The notes: generated from the sequence alone by a model not told the origin. A stretch of 64,000 nucleotides of DNA from Paraspadella gotoi (GCA_051294375.1 CM119265.1:12698914-12762913); one strand, 5' to 3'; shown: positions 33,946 to 47,392, numbered from the stretch's first letter. Numbers and translations are program-made.

Positions 33946-34337
33946 GATCTCTCTCTTTTCTTCCCCGCGACGTCAGTGGTTTCATTCTTTTTGGCCACGA
34001 ATAACGCCCAGCGACGTTCCACGGGAGACATCGAAAAAACAAAAGAGCGTCCCCAACGGGCGGAAAAGAGGGCGGGGGATCGTAATATAAAACGTCGTTA
34101 ATGAACAATGGGTGAGGGACCGAGGGTTAATCGAAACTCGGTGATCACCGAAATGATTAGCCCTGTGAGGATCATTGTGGTTCGCCTGTTAGATGTGGAA
34201 TCGAATCAAAAGGAAGACTCCATCAGGAAAATCATACAAATTTAATTTTTAATTACTGTAGTTTCAGAATTATATAATAAATTTTAGGTTTCTATCCGTA
34301 AATAATACTAAACTTTCGAAAAGGGGAAAAGGGAAGA

Positions 34338-34441
34338 TTGCATGGGTGGTGACAATGTGGGATTCGAACCCACTACCTTGCGGCAACCAGGGGCAAGCAT
34401 TAACGGAGCTTTGTTTGAACGAAGTAACCACGCCACTGGGC
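34338..34441 (-). mobile_element. tRNA-derived SINE-like repeat, copy 1
   Basis: Minus strand has A-box-like agtggcgtggtt, then a perfect T-arm GTGGG-TTCGAAT-CCCAC followed by attgtcACCA. Homologous to 34848-34958. Confidence 0.55.
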
Positions 34442-34847
34442 TTCCCCGCACGAAAGCCGAGCAAAAATCGAAGTAGTTTCAGAGAGAATCCAGTTTGACT
34501 CGTCATTCCTTGAGATTTATACGACTTAATCAGCTCAAATAAAGATAAAGAAATAAATGAAGCTGTGATAAAGAAGTTAGTCAGAACAGCGTTTGTTAAC
34601 TTTGGATTAATGATCAGAGGATACTAAATATTGACCCATGAAACTCCGAAATTTTTTTTGTAACAATCGTTGCCGTTTTTTTTAATTTTTAAACTCACCT
34701 CAGCTCTTTTATTTCAGAAAAAAAAATCTTTTATGATCAAAATACATATAAGTTGAGTCTTTAATCCGCAAAAAAAAAATTAAAGTCAAGTCAAGATATT
34801 TCTAAATAGAAAATCAATAAATTACTACGCTGAATTGCAAAAGGGAA

Positions 34848-34958
34848 GTTTGCGTGGGTGGTTGCAGTGTGGGATTCGAACCCCTTACCTTCGAAAGGTA
34901 AGCCAGAAGAAGTTTTGAAGGAACTTTAAATTGAACGAAGTAACCACGCCACTTGGCC
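34848..34958 (-). mobile_element. tRNA-derived SINE-like repeat, copy 2
   Basis: Shares tgaacgaagtaaccacgccact and tgtgggattcgaaccc with copy 1; the middle part has diverged. Confidence 0.55.
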
Positions 34959-35532
34959 TCCCCGAAGGTCTTCGTGTAAAACTCGACTATATTCAGACAG
35001 ATTTCGAAAGCCGGGGAGATTTCCAGGGAGTTTTTGAGATCGCCTAAAATACTAGCAGGCGAAAATTTATAATCTTTTAGGCTTTAATAGACGAATACAA
35101 AATTCATAGCGTAAGCCTGGTTGCAAAAAAAAAAAAGACAACAAATGAACACAGGCTTAATACATTCGTAAAAGAGCAAAATTTATTGGTAATCGTTATT
35201 CAAACATTTCAATATTAAAAAAAGATTAAAAATCATAAAAAAAAAAAATTTCTACCTTCCCTAACGACCCAATTTTTCCCCCATCCTCATCTTTTCGTAA
35301 TTTATAACCTTTCCCACGTTAAATCTGCCTTTGATATTGAAATAACGATTTTCAAACTGTAACCAAACGAGATCCTCATCCATTTTTTTCGGGTGGAGAG
35401 AGAAAAGGGGGTGGCGCATTTTTGAGAGAAAATCCGATTTCTTCGATTAACTTTAACGGTTCTCCTTAAAATGCCAGCTACTAATCTGAAATTTATGCTC
35501 CTGGGAAGCATTAAAAGAAAAAAACGCTCCTC

Positions 35533-35570
<38 letters not shown>

Positions 35571-36857
35571 CTCTTTTTTCTTTCTCTCTCTCTCTCTTCT
35601 CTCTCTTCTTTTCTCAGACATTACAATGAAGAAGAAAAAAAATTCCATAGGCTAGTTAGTAGTGGATAAAATGCAAATTTCCATCGATCACAAAAAAAAA
35701 GAAAAAAAAGAAATTTCCGGAAAAAAATAACTATTAGCATGAATCTCGTGGTGGCGTCGAATCATTTATCTGTGGAAAGTCCTTGCTGAGGGGAGGAATA
35801 AACGGGTGGGGGGTAGCTTGCAATAAGGGGGTAGCGTAGCAAAAGGGACGGTGAATCCGCGGCGCTGAATGGGGGGGCCAGTGGGGGACGCTTTAGCAGG
35901 AAAGATCGAAAAGATGAAAAGAGAAATAAATCAGCATCGGAAATGTGGGACTTTGCCGCATAAATCAGGCAGATATTGGGTATCGCTGGCGAAGACCGAA
36001 GAAACAACGAGACTGCGAAGACGAAAATATTTTATTTTCTTTTATTCTCGCTCCCCATCCCTTCAGCCCCCCCTCGTTTTCTTTCGTCTTTTTGGTTCTT
36101 GGTAGAGTTTGATCACCAGCAGTTGCAGCAAGATTGTCAAATTACAATTTTTTAGACTTGCGTGCCACATACTGTGAAATGACTTGATTTTCCATAGTCG
36201 TCGATGTGATATAACAAATATTTGGGCTCATATTTTATGTTTCAACGCAGCAAAACGTTTTCCGGGCAAAATGCGGCGATTGTCTGGGATCGGATAAATT
36301 TGACATTACAAAATCCCATCTAAAAACTGCGGAGCGATGCAGCTATTTTTTACTCTTTTGTATTTTTCGACGCCTTTTTATTACTTAACAATCTCAACTG
36401 TCTCCTATCAGCTAAAAAATGTTCGAATCCACTTTTGACGCATTGAGCTCAGCTGCCGACTCCTTTTGTTTGTGTCAACAACTTCCACCAGCGTCGCTGG
36501 CGTCGAGAAAGAATAAAAACATTGTAAAATTCACGACGAGGACATAAATTCTAGCGGCGAAGTCGCGACGACGATGCAAACAAAACAAAGGAATAACTCT
36601 CCGCTTTACTCTTTCCCTTTTTAATTTCCAATTTCTCACCGCTTTTCATCTTTTTTGGGGCATTTTTTGACAACAGGAAAACGAGAAGAAAAAGTGAGGC
36701 TAAAAAGGAAAAGAAAAGTAATAAGGAAAGGGAAAAAACGGGGAGTCCGGAGTGGATCCCGCGGGAGGCTGGAAAAGTCTCTCCCAGACAATTCCGTAAT
36801 GATTCCAGGACATTTCCTCAAAAATGATGAATGGGAAACAGAAAGACCGAAGCCGTT

Positions 36858-36900
<43 letters not shown>

Positions 36901-37873
36901 TTTTTTTCTTTCTTCTTTCCCAACTTTGAAATCTTCATGAATGACTTTGCACTGTTTGTATTTATTTGTTTATTTATTTTTATTTATTTTTTATTTGTTT
37001 TCTATTTTTCGTAACAATTTTTTTAAATTAAAAAACTGCCTCAATTCTACGTCGCGGTATTTGTTCTTTACTTTACTTATCTTTTCCTCTTCGGTCCTAC
37101 TTTTCATGTTTTTAATTATAGCCCCCGAAGAATCTCTCTCTCTCTCTCTCTCTCTCTCTGGCGTCGTAATTCTTCTTCTGCTTCTATTCCTCCTTTTTCC
37201 CCATTTAATCATATTTTCCCTCCTGAAATGAAGTAATTTCGAAAGACAAAAAACTCCGTGACATGATTTAGATCCGAAGGGAGAAAAGAAAAGAAGGGAA
37301 GGAAGGAAAGATAAATACAACAGTCTCTTTTCTCTTTTTCCTTCTTTTTTTTAATTTCTCGGTTTCTTTTTTTCTTCGCCATGAAATACAACTCGAAAAT
37401 GGCGTAACAGTTTTTTCTCGAAAACTTTTCCCCATATTTTTTTTTCATCTCTGCTCCATTATCGTTGTGAAGACGAGCAGTTAATTATCCTTTAAACGGA
37501 AAAAGAAGCATTAGCGTTTTTTTTTTACTTGTTTTTTGCTCTTTTCATTTTTATTTTAAATTTTTTTTAGCTTATTAGGAACTTAGGAAGCATTGTGAAG
37601 TCAATTTGACTTTTAGACTGTTCTAAATACTATTTTCGGTTTTCAACAACTACGTAATTCATACACCAAATATATCACGAAAAATGAAAATGAAAATAAA
37701 ACAATAAACCCCTTTAATCAGACTTAATAAATTCCTATAGTATATTATTGTTGAATGATTGATTTTTTTTTAAAAACTTGACAAAAATGCTCACTTACGA
37801 GGAATATACCACAGTGTATTTTTAATAGTTGTGACAAGGCTAATATTAAGGTCCTTAATGATCCACTACTTAC

Positions 37874-38050
37874 CCGAAGACGCATTGTAGCTGTCTTGGA
37901 GCGAGGCCAAGCAGTAGAGCGGCCTGTTTTGGTCGGCGCGACCGAGGGTGAGGGCTGCCTTGGAGATGGTGGTGTTGGCAACGTGGGTCACGTCAGTGTT
38001 GATGGAGATTCCGTCGAAAAACCAAAACAGTTGGGGCTTGTCCGATGTTC
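37874..38050 (-). CDS. Ig-superfamily gene exon 4 (C2-like Ig domain core)
   Basis: ttcaag| ... |GTAAGT, 177 nt, phase 1-1. Reads (G)TSDKPQLFWFFDGISINTDVTHVANTTISKAALTLGRADQNRPLYCLASLQDSYNASS, with the P.L.W..DG and R.D.N....C.A motifs of C2-set domains. Confidence 0.88.
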
Positions 38051-38101
38051 CTTGAATTGGGGGTCGGAGACGATGGGACAGTGGANNNNNNNNNNNNNNN
38101 N

Positions 38102-38608
38102 GAGAGAGAGAGAGAGAGAGAGAGACGCAGATTCTTACTTCAATGGTCACCAGTGAAGAGCAAAGGGGAAATTAAATCGAAGGATTGATTTTGTTCGACT
38201 CACAAATCTAACCATTGAGATTTGTGAGTCAGAGAGAGAGAGAAGATTTGCTGTCAGAGAGGAGAGAGATAGAGAGAGAGAGTAGAGAGAGGAGAGAGAG
38301 ATGAACGCCGAATTTTTACTTGCAATGTGGTCACCAGTAAAGTGCTAAGCAGCAATGCGGGGAAATTTAAATCGAAGATTATATTTTTTCGACTCACAGA
38401 ATCTTAACCCAGTTTTGAGATTGTGTCAGTAGAGAGAAGAGAGAGAAAGATTGTGTCAGAGAGAGAGATGAAGTAGAGGGAGTAGAAGAGAGAGAGAGAG
38501 AGACGTCCGATTCTTACTTCAATTGGTCACCAGTGAAGAGCACTGGGGAAATTAAATTCGAGGGATTAATTTTTGTTCGACTCACAAATCTAACCCAGTT
38601 GAGATTGT

Positions 38609-38650
<42 letters not shown>
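38102..38650 (+). repeat. Triplicated ~190-bp unit (unique ~110-bp core plus GA tract)
   Basis: gattcttacttcaatggtcaccagtgaagag...ttcgactcacaaatctaacc..ttgagattgtgtcag recurs at ~38125, ~38308 and ~38505. Confidence 0.85.
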
Positions 38651-38653
<3 letters not shown>

Positions 38654-39578
38654 TGTAAAGAATAATGAAAAGAATCAGAGGAGATCGTAAATCTTTTCGA
38701 CACGAGGCGCACTTCCGGTTAAATAATGAGGAACGAGATGAAGGAAAAGAAAAAGGAGGAAAAAGAAAAGAAAATGAAAAAAAAAAGAAATATTGAGAAA
38801 AAAAGAAAAAGAAAAGAAAAAAGAGGGTGCGAGCGGAGAAAGTCGAAGAAAATAAATAAAGGTTTTTAAAAAGGAAGAAAAGAAAAAAAACTAGCGGAGA
38901 ATAAAATGAAAAGATGGAAAAATGAAAAGGAAAAAAAATGTATATACGACAGGGAAAGCGTGAAAAGTCGGAAAGCGAAAGAGGCTTTGAAAAATAAATT
39001 GTTGGCAATGAGAGATGGAAAATGCTTCACGAAACAGTAGGCGACCAATACGCCCAACAGAGATTTAAAAGTACAATGAACTAAACTGAACGCGAGTACT
39101 GGATCCATTTCTCGTTTTAAGGGCCAACGAAAAAAAAATTTTGACTGTGTAATTGTGACTTGGGTCTCGAAAAAAAAACAAGTACCTCGGATACAAAATA
39201 ACAAGAAAAGCTCTCTTCGACTCATTTTCTTTACATCAAAAAGGAATACCACACTTCTGATTTCTGATCCCATCCAACGAAAAGGAAAGAAAAAATAATT
39301 CAAAGAAGATAGAGTTTCAATCTTTTAGAAAATTTGCGGCGAAAGCGGAAACATCTGCCGATATCAGTCAAAAAAAAGAAAAAGAAATCTTTGCTAAAAA
39401 CTTGCCGATAAATTGTTCTGCGTTTGGAAAGACAAAACTGATATTTATAGAAACAAGACAAAGCAATGATTTGGTTTCACTTGGATAATTTATAAAAAAA
39501 ATAATTGCTTCCTCTTAGAAGATAATTTAGAAGTCAAATTAATTATACCCGAGCCCGAACATAGAAGTTGGAACTTAC

Positions 39579-39735
39579 CTTCAGTCCTGACTTCGCAGCT
39601 GAACCACTGGAGGATCCCCTCCCGGATGTGGGGCGGTTGAGGGTGACATCTCGGCGGAGACATCACAACGAGCGTCGCGATCATCGGTGACTTCGTGATG
39701 CATTTGTAGGAACCAGAGTCGGAGAAACTCACGTT
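39579..39735 (-). CDS. Ig-superfamily gene exon 3 (end of V-like Ig1, start of Ig2)
   Basis: ttttcacag| ... |GTAAGT, 157 nt, phase 0-1. Reads NVSFSDSGSYKCITKSPMIATLVVMSPPRCHPQPPHIREGILQWFSCEVRTE(G), with the canonical D.G.Y.C motif. Confidence 0.92.
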
Positions 39736-41352
39736 CTGTGAAAAAGATCGAGAGAGAGAGAGAGATTCTGATTCCACGGACGCAATATTAAATATTCTCA
39801 AAGTTTAATTTTAAAATTAAAGACGGGATGCAAGGATATCTTACGTTTGTTAAGCGAATATTTCGATTACCAAGAATCAAAATCTCACATCTACTGCAAA
39901 TATTTATATGCGATTGGGTGAAGTTCTTTTTTTTTCCATTCTGAGGACGGATGTATAAAAGGTTTGAAATTATGAATAATCTTACCCATCATCCTGAAAA
40001 ATTCCCCTCATTTACTTCCAATTATCTGAATCTCTCCCTCTCTGTCTCTCTGTCTCTCTCCCTCTCTCCTTCTCTCTCGTTCTCTCTTTCTCTCTCTTTC
40101 CAAAAACTGAGTTTCTGTTTGAAAAATCGAAAAAGGAAAAGAGGAAAAAATAATTCCTTTAATTCTTGAATTTCAATAAGCCATCTTTCCGAAAGAAAAT
40201 AGAGGACAAAAGCAAAAAGAAAAAGAAAAACTTGCGTGGGTTCGCCGCCATAATTCGATATAACTTCATATTCAATTACTTCACATTCAAATTTGATAAC
40301 TTCGCGTGAAAAATTATGGGGACGGGAGGGGGGGGGAAGTGTTTGTGATTTTCTTAGAAAGAAGTTTCTCGTGAATATAAAAGGAAAAAAAACATTAAAA
40401 TGAAATAAACTTTGTAAAAATGATAATAGGAAAGAAAACTTTAAAAAATAAAAACAAAAAAGTTGATACGATACGAGCGCCCGCGCAAGAGTTTCTGGAT
40501 TATCAAGATAAGGTTTTAATGGAAAATAGACAAACGGCTGGTGTCAGTGGGAAGAACAGGGAGAAAGAGACAGAGACAGAAAGATAGATAGAGAGAGGGA
40601 GGGAGGGGGAGACAGAGACAATCCGGATGCTCTGCTTTGTTTTGCAGGCGTGCACGCGATAAACGCATTTCGTCGCACGCAGAATCGCATGCACGCACGC
40701 AGACTCTCGAACGTCGCTTCCTCGATCCATTCCGTCGATTTAAAGGCGACGAAACATCTAAACTTAAAAAATTTACAAACAATTGTTTAATTATTTTGTT
40801 TTCATTCACTGGAAATAATTCGTTTTATTTAGTTTCATCGACTGAAAACCATTTCTTTTTTTGTTTAGTTAATAAATGGTAATTGAAATTTAAAAATAAA
40901 TATTTTCAAAATAATTTAAATAACTCATTTAAATTTTGAACAACATTATCATCATGTACAGTTAACGTTATTAGAAATACTACTTATTCAAATATATAGA
41001 CACGATTACAAATTTTGCACAAAGCGCGTTTTCCAGCGTTGCTCAGTCACGTCGTTAAGTTTTCTAACGACTAACCTATCTCTATTGCTCTCTCTTTCTA
41101 TAAACTTTTTTCAATAACGCATTCCTNNNNNNNNNNNNNNNNNNNNNNNNNCAGAGAGAGAGAGAGAGAAGGAGAGAGGAGAGAGAGAGAGAGGGAGAGA
41201 GGAGAGAGAGGAGAGAGAGAGAGCACGCCATAACAAGTTGACAATCAAGGGCGAGCCTTCGCCCATTCGCTTACAACGTTAATTATTATCACGAGAGAGA
41301 GAGAGAGAGAGAGAGAGATGAGAGACGAGAGAGAGAGAGAGACAGAGATGAC

Positions 41353-41387
<35 letters not shown>

Positions 41388-41713
41388 TATTTCCGCGACG
41401 ATCAAGGTGTATTCACATTCAGAAGCACGTCACCATTAAGCTAACGATTCCTTTTGAGATTCACGAGCATGAACTCAATCTCTGCATCATTGAAGGCAGC
41501 AATAACAACAACAACGACAACAACGAGGAGATAAACGAAGACAACGAGGATAATAAAAACTATTAAAAAAAATAAAATCGTCGAAATTCAAAAACCATAA
41601 AAAAAATAAATACTAAAAAATAAAATAAATACTAAATAATAAAATCTAACATCAACGCATGTATTATGCAAGTAAACGTTGAGACGAGGTTTATTAAATT
41701 ATAATACGGAATA

Positions 41714-41746
41714 GATGTAATGTAATGTAATGTAATGTAATGTAAT
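41714..41746. repeat. (ATGTA)n pentanucleotide microsatellite
   Basis: atgtaatgtaatgtaa..., immediately inside the intron after the 41750 donor. Confidence 0.9.
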
Positions 41747-41749
41747 CAC

Positions 41750-41859
41750 CTTAATGACGAGAGTGTATGTCGTGTCTCCGTGAGATTTTTTCATCGAGTA
41801 TTTGTTGGGATCGAACGTGCCGTCGTATGGCTGATCTCCGAAGGCGATCATTCGATTTC
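41750..41859 (-). CDS. Ig-superfamily gene exon 2 (middle of V-like Ig1)
   Basis: tttttctatag| ... |GTGATT, 110 nt, phase 1-0. Reads (G)NRMIAFGDQPYDGTFDPNKYSMKKSHGDTTYTLVIK and joins the next exon as YTLVIKNVSFSDSGSYKC. Confidence 0.9.
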
Positions 41860-43173
41860 CTATAGAAAAATGTGAAAATAAATGTAAAAGAAAAGCAAAA
41901 TTATTCATTTAACAAACATTGCTAACAGTGCAAACATTCTTTAATTTCTAAACCTCTCAAAAAAAAAAAAACAAAAAAAAACTAAATGATAATTAATCTC
42001 TGCTTGAAATTATTCTCAGCTACATCATAAAAAGCGCACTGATTGAAAGAATGAAAGACATTATATTTGGTAGACATATCGAAGCCGGCTTTCAAAGAAT
42101 ATGATGTCAATAAAANNNNNNNNNNNNNNNNNNNNNNNNNNNNNNNNNNNNNNNNNNNNNNNNNNNNNNNNNNNNNNNNNNNNNNNNNNNNNNNNNNNNN
42201 NNNNNNNNNNNNNNNNNNNNNNNNNNNNNNNNNNNNNNNNNNNNNNNNNNNNNNNNNNNNNNNNNNNNNNNNNNNNNNNNNNNNNNNNNNNNNNNNNNNN
42301 NNNNNNNNNNNNNNNNNNNNNNNNNNNNNNNNNNNNNNNNNNNNNNNNNNNNNNNNNNNNNNNNNNNNNNNNNNNNNNNNNNNNNNNNNNNNNNNNNNNN
42401 NNNNNNNNNNNNNNNNNNNNNNNNNNNNNNNNNNNNNNNNNNNNNNNNNNNNNNNNNNNNNNNNNNNNNNNNNNNNNNNNNNNNNNNNNNNNNNNNNNNN
42501 NNNNNNNNNNNNNNNNNNNNNNNNNNNNNNNNNNNNNNNNNNNNNNNNNNNNNNNNNNNNNNNNNNNNNNNNNNNNNNNNNNNNNNNNNNNNNNNNNNNN
42601 NNNNNNNNNNNNNNNNNNNNNNNNNNNNNNNNNNNNNNNNNNNNNNNNNNNNNNNNNNNNNNNNNNNNNNNNNNNNNNNNNNNNNNNNNNNNNNNNNNNN
42701 NNNNNNNNNNNNNNNNNNNNNNNNNNNCTCTCTCTCCATTTTTATAGAATCGTGAAGTTTTCCCTTCTTGAGCGACTTACGCTAAAAGCAATGAGATCCC
42801 TCTCTCTCTTTNNNNNNNNNNNNNNNNNNNNNNNNNNNNNNNNNNNNNNNNNNNNNNNNNNNNNNNNNNNNNNNNNNNNNNNNNNNNNNNNNNNNNNNNN
42901 NNNNNNNNNNNNNNNNNNNNNNNNNNNNNNNNNNNNNNNNNNNNNNNNNNNNNNNNNNNNNNNNNNNNNNNNNNNNNNNNNNNNNNNNNNNNNNNNNNNN
43001 NNNNNNNNNNNNNNNNNNNNNNNNNNNNNNNNNNNNNNNNNAGAGAGAGAGAGAGAGAGAGATGAACTTTCTCGGTTTTTGCGGTGTCTGGTTGCCATGG
43101 CGCTCGCCTAGTCCATGTTGCACTTCCATCCTTTCATCTTTCAATCCCGTTTTTTCCATCAGCCACGTGACAG

Positions 43174-43303
43174 CTTACATTTTCTCCTACTTACATTTTC
43201 TCCTACTTACATTTTCTCCTACTTACATTTTCTCCTACTTACATTTTCTCCTACTTACATTTTCTCCTACTTACATTTTCTCCTACTTACATTTTCTCCT
43301 ACT
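43174..43303 (+). repeat. 16-bp minisatellite (CTTACATTTTCTCCTA) x8
   Basis: Perfect tandem copies. Confidence 0.95.
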
Positions 43304-43928
43304 TTACCATCCAAATATGAAATACAATTATCGAAAGTCACTTTTCTTTTTCACTACTCGCTAAATTCTAATATTCGCGATTCACCGACGACCCAGCTTC
43401 TCTCTTCGTCTTCCCCTCAAACTCACAACTCATCAACGCAACTCAAATTTACTTTTTTTAGTTACATCTTTCCGTCTTATTTTTCTCGATTAATTTTTAA
43501 AGTTAATTATAGAGAAAAAAAATTGAGACTGTCTCGGAATAACCGAACACGAGACGAAAACAATGAAGTTATTTACATTTTAATGAGAAACTCCCAACTC
43601 TTTTCCTTTTACAAAGGCATCTGGTTTGAGTCGTTCTTACTTACCACGTCACCTTACTAGGAGAACGCCTTTCTCTTACTTTAGTAGCCTATCTGGGGAG
43701 TCCTTACCCTACATTACCATCGCTTTAATTTCAGTTGACCCTTATCATTTTTTTTTTGCCTTTCTCTCCTTTTCTTCAATCTTCACCCCCCCCCCTCCGC
43801 CCTCCCGCGTCCGGGCGTCATACTCGTCTTTTCCCGGACTCGAGATGCGCAGTCAGTCCCTTTCTAATTACGTGCATCTTTTATTGGGCCTTGTCAGGGA
43901 TGAAACCAGACAGTCAGAGACAGAGGAA

Positions 43929-43989
<61 letters not shown>

Positions 43990-44534
43990 AAACAAGAGGG
44001 AAAAGCGTCCCACACAAAAGTTAATGTGACAAGATCACCAGTGATGAAGCTAAATTGCTGGTCGACGCCGAGAAAGTCGCCCGGATCAAAAAGGATTACA
44101 TACATCCGGGGATTTTCTAGTAGGCGGTGGGACTCGCAGGTTTAGTAGACTTAATGCTATATGTAAATAAACAGATAATGATTCAAAAAAATAATTTCAC
44201 ATAAAATAATTGCATTTCAGACAATCTTCTAGTGATCTTCTATGACTAATAAAAAAAAATACTTTATGAAAAAAAAAGTTTTCCAGCTTTTAAACGTTAT
44301 AAATCTTAAAATTTAGCACTAGTAATATTATTATCAAAAATCGTCTAAAGTAATGTAAAACGTTCGTGTTAACATAGAAGAATAAAACTAGTACTTTATC
44401 GTTATGCGACAATAATCTCTCTAAACAACCTCCTTGTTTGCCTTAACCGCTCTCTGTCACTTGCTCTCTCGCTCGCTGAGAGGGAAATTGTGATGGATCG
44501 CCATCCTTTTTTTACTTTTGGAGACAGCGTGAGA

Positions 44535-44578
<44 letters not shown>

Positions 44579-44889
44579 AGACAGAAATTGCTGGGCATCG
44601 GAAAAAGAGGAGTGGTTATTCAAGTCTGATGGGGTGTGGTCACATCTGGAATTTAGTTTGTAAAAGACGCGGGGAAAACAGGATATTCATGGGCTGATTT
44701 AAAAGTCTAAACTAGTATGTAAATGTACTCAGTCTTAGAGTAGCTTTTCGTACTTAAGGAGAGAAGGTGTGATTTGCAATTAAGTGATTCGAGTAGAATG
44801 TCATTTTTCTCATCTTGCGCCGTTTGAGGAGGGAAGGTCGAAGGAAGAAACAAAAAAAGCGATTAATTAAAAGTGGGCATTAAAAGTGG

Positions 44890-45785
44890 GCATGGTCAAG
44901 GAGGTCATGGGGAGGTATGAGGAAAGGAACAATGATGTCAAATAAGAGAAGCTCAAATTTGGAAGAGAAGGTAGTGGTGGAGTAAGGATGCTAGGTAGCT
45001 GGATGGGATGGAAAGAGGATGTGAAGAACAGAATCAAGAGAGCAAATAAGATTTGGTGGAAGCTTAAGAAACAGCTGAGTGGGTCGAGCCTATCCAAGAG
45101 GATGCAGGCAAGAATAATAGAAGCGTGCGTAGAAAACTCTCTCCTATTCGACAGCGCCGTAAGAGTTTGGACTTTAAGAGAAATAAAATCTTTTCAGAGC
45201 TTTGTAGATAAAGAGTACAGATTTGTGTGGAGACGAGGAAACAAGCCCCCGTTGATTCAAAAGCAGGAGGAAGGAGTAAACATACAGGATGTAAGATCTC
45301 ACCTGAGGATAAAAAGTATAAGATGGAAAATCGAAAAGAGAGTGTAAGAAAGGATAGGACATGTGATGATAATGGAGGATGACCGAATGGCCGAGGCTGT
45401 AATTCTTGGATGGATGAGCGAGTTAGAAAAGTGGGAGCTGAAAGGTAAAAGGAACAGAAGGACCCACCACTACTGGAGAAAAGTATTATGAGAGGCTGGG
45501 CTGGATGTATGCGACATAGGAGATATGACGAAAGACCGAAAGTTATGGAGGATTCGAGTTAAGGAGAGGATGGACCACCTGTAGGAATGGGAGAAGAGTC
45601 AAGGGCATAAGTGGAAGGGGGACAGCATAACAAGGAATGTTGGGTGAAAAGAAAGTAATTTAGTTTGTTCTTACTGTGGAAAAGAATGTAAGTCTAGAGC
45701 CGGTCTTGTCACACACGAGAAAAGGATTCACGAGGTGGTGTCCAGTCAGAAGAAGTCTTTCGTCTGCGGAAAATGCGATGAAGGA
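44890..45785 (+). mobile_element. Decayed RTE-like non-LTR retrotransposon fragment (RT thumb/C-terminal region plus C2H2 zinc fingers)
   Basis: One frame with several stops: VRMLGSWMGWKEDVKNRIKRANKIWWKLKKQL...ACVENSLLFDSAVRVWT...ERIGHVMIMEDDRMAEAVILGW...KDRKLWR...CSYCGKECKSRAGLVTHEKRIH...FVCGKC. This is the typical post-RT tail of RTE-clade LINEs. Confidence 0.85.
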
Positions 45786-47359
45786 GAGGGGGGGGCATTC
45801 TTTTGAGTTGAACTCACTCTGTCCCACTCACCATAACAGGACGTCAATTTCTATGGGTCGTGGAACAAACGAAACAATATTATTGTTATTCTTAACAGAC
45901 AGAAGAAACAGAAAAAAGAGCGGGATAGAAGAAACAGAAAAGATAGCGGGATAGAAGGGAAAGAAAAAAAAACAGTTAAAGACAGCGACAAAGAAGTCGG
46001 GACTCTATGAGAAAGAATCTGCTGACAAATGGAGGAAAATGACAGGATTATGATCTTCGATTCGCGTCGGACAAAAAAATAGATGAAGACGCAGAGAAAA
46101 GAAACCGTTTTCTTTTAGTGGAAGGGAGTCTTGTGGGTAGATAGTCCGATGGGAAAGGGGTTAAGCTAAAGAGTGGGTTTGATGGGAAGGGAGCTTTGTT
46201 AGAAAGGGAGTTTGATGGGAAGTAGTCCGCGACATTTGATTCTAAAGGGAGCGAAGGAAACTGTCTCGAAAAAGTGGGCTTCACGCCTCAGGAATGGGGT
46301 CAAAATGTGACGGAAAGTTCGGGTCATAAAAATCCCGAAACGCGTTACGCGGACTTGAGTACATTGCTTTTAAGGGTTGAGTATTTTTAAATATAGTTTT
46401 TTTGACTAGAGACTAAAAAAAAAAAAAAAATTCAGAAACGTAATAATTTGAAACGCAAATTTACAGTTTTGGTGAAATGACAAATTCGTGATGAAGAAAA
46501 TTAATAAGGCTTTGAGAAACCTCAATTTTTTTTTATTTTTTTAGTGTCCGCAATTGTTATATTTTTTGAATTATCATTTTATTTAGTGCTATTAGTCTTG
46601 ATCAATTCTTTTTATCGTTTTATGCGTTAAATTGTTTTTTCTATTATTTAAAAAAAAATTGACTGAGACGGACCCAAAAATATTTGTTCGCCTTCAACTC
46701 TCGACCAACTGCAACGACGTCACTTGGACTTAACCGATCGGAACGGGGGAAAAGCTTTTCGTCGTTGACGCTCAAAGTTGAACTCGGCGCCATCTTGAGA
46801 TTTTTTGCCGAACGCGTGAATCGCGTGTGCTGAACGAAATGTTAAACGAAGGTTAAATTTCTTTCTCTTCGCCTACTCGCTTTCTTTCGACGTCGGATGT
46901 CGCAGGATCGAAACGAATTTCGACGCCGCCGCTGCCGAATCAAGCGGCTGCCACCGCGTCAACTCGTCATTCTCAGCCTCCGCCAACGCATCGCAGCGAT
47001 GCCCGTCGCCGTCGCCAGAAACGCAAGGTGGGGTTAAGCGTTCTGTGACGCCTGTGATCGCTAGATCCGTTTCGATCCGGTGGACGAGATTTCGGTTTTG
47101 GGGGGGGAGGGGGGGAGGGTAGCGTGAAAGGGGACTGAGGATGGGGGGGGATATCTGATCCGAACCGTTACCTCGTCGGCCCGGTTACGAGGTGGGGTAT
47201 TAAATTTGGGGGAAGTGGGTTCGGCCGGTTCGGGGGGGGCGAGGCAGGGGCAGAAAAGGGACCAAGATACAAAAGTTTTAACGTCAGGCAGTAAAATCGG
47301 TGACCTTTGGAATGGAAGTCTTGCGTAAAAAGTCACGAGGCGATTTTATTTCCTCTTTT

Positions 47360-47392
<33 letters not shown>

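Noticed and set aside
34338-34441. Functional tRNA gene
   Set aside because: The T-arm is good, but I could not form an acceptor stem, D-arm or anticodon arm; treated as tRNA-derived.
42067-43159. Long ORFs of 200-336 aa (and similar ones at 7746, 15798, 52765, 55827, 62400, 63062)
   Set aside because: Their length comes from runs of N in assembly gaps.
43990-44110. Minus-strand peptide FITGDLVTLTFVW as the first exon of Ig1
   Set aside because: It has no Cys and no suitable donor; exon 53356-53775 supplies the Cys, Trp and correct phase.
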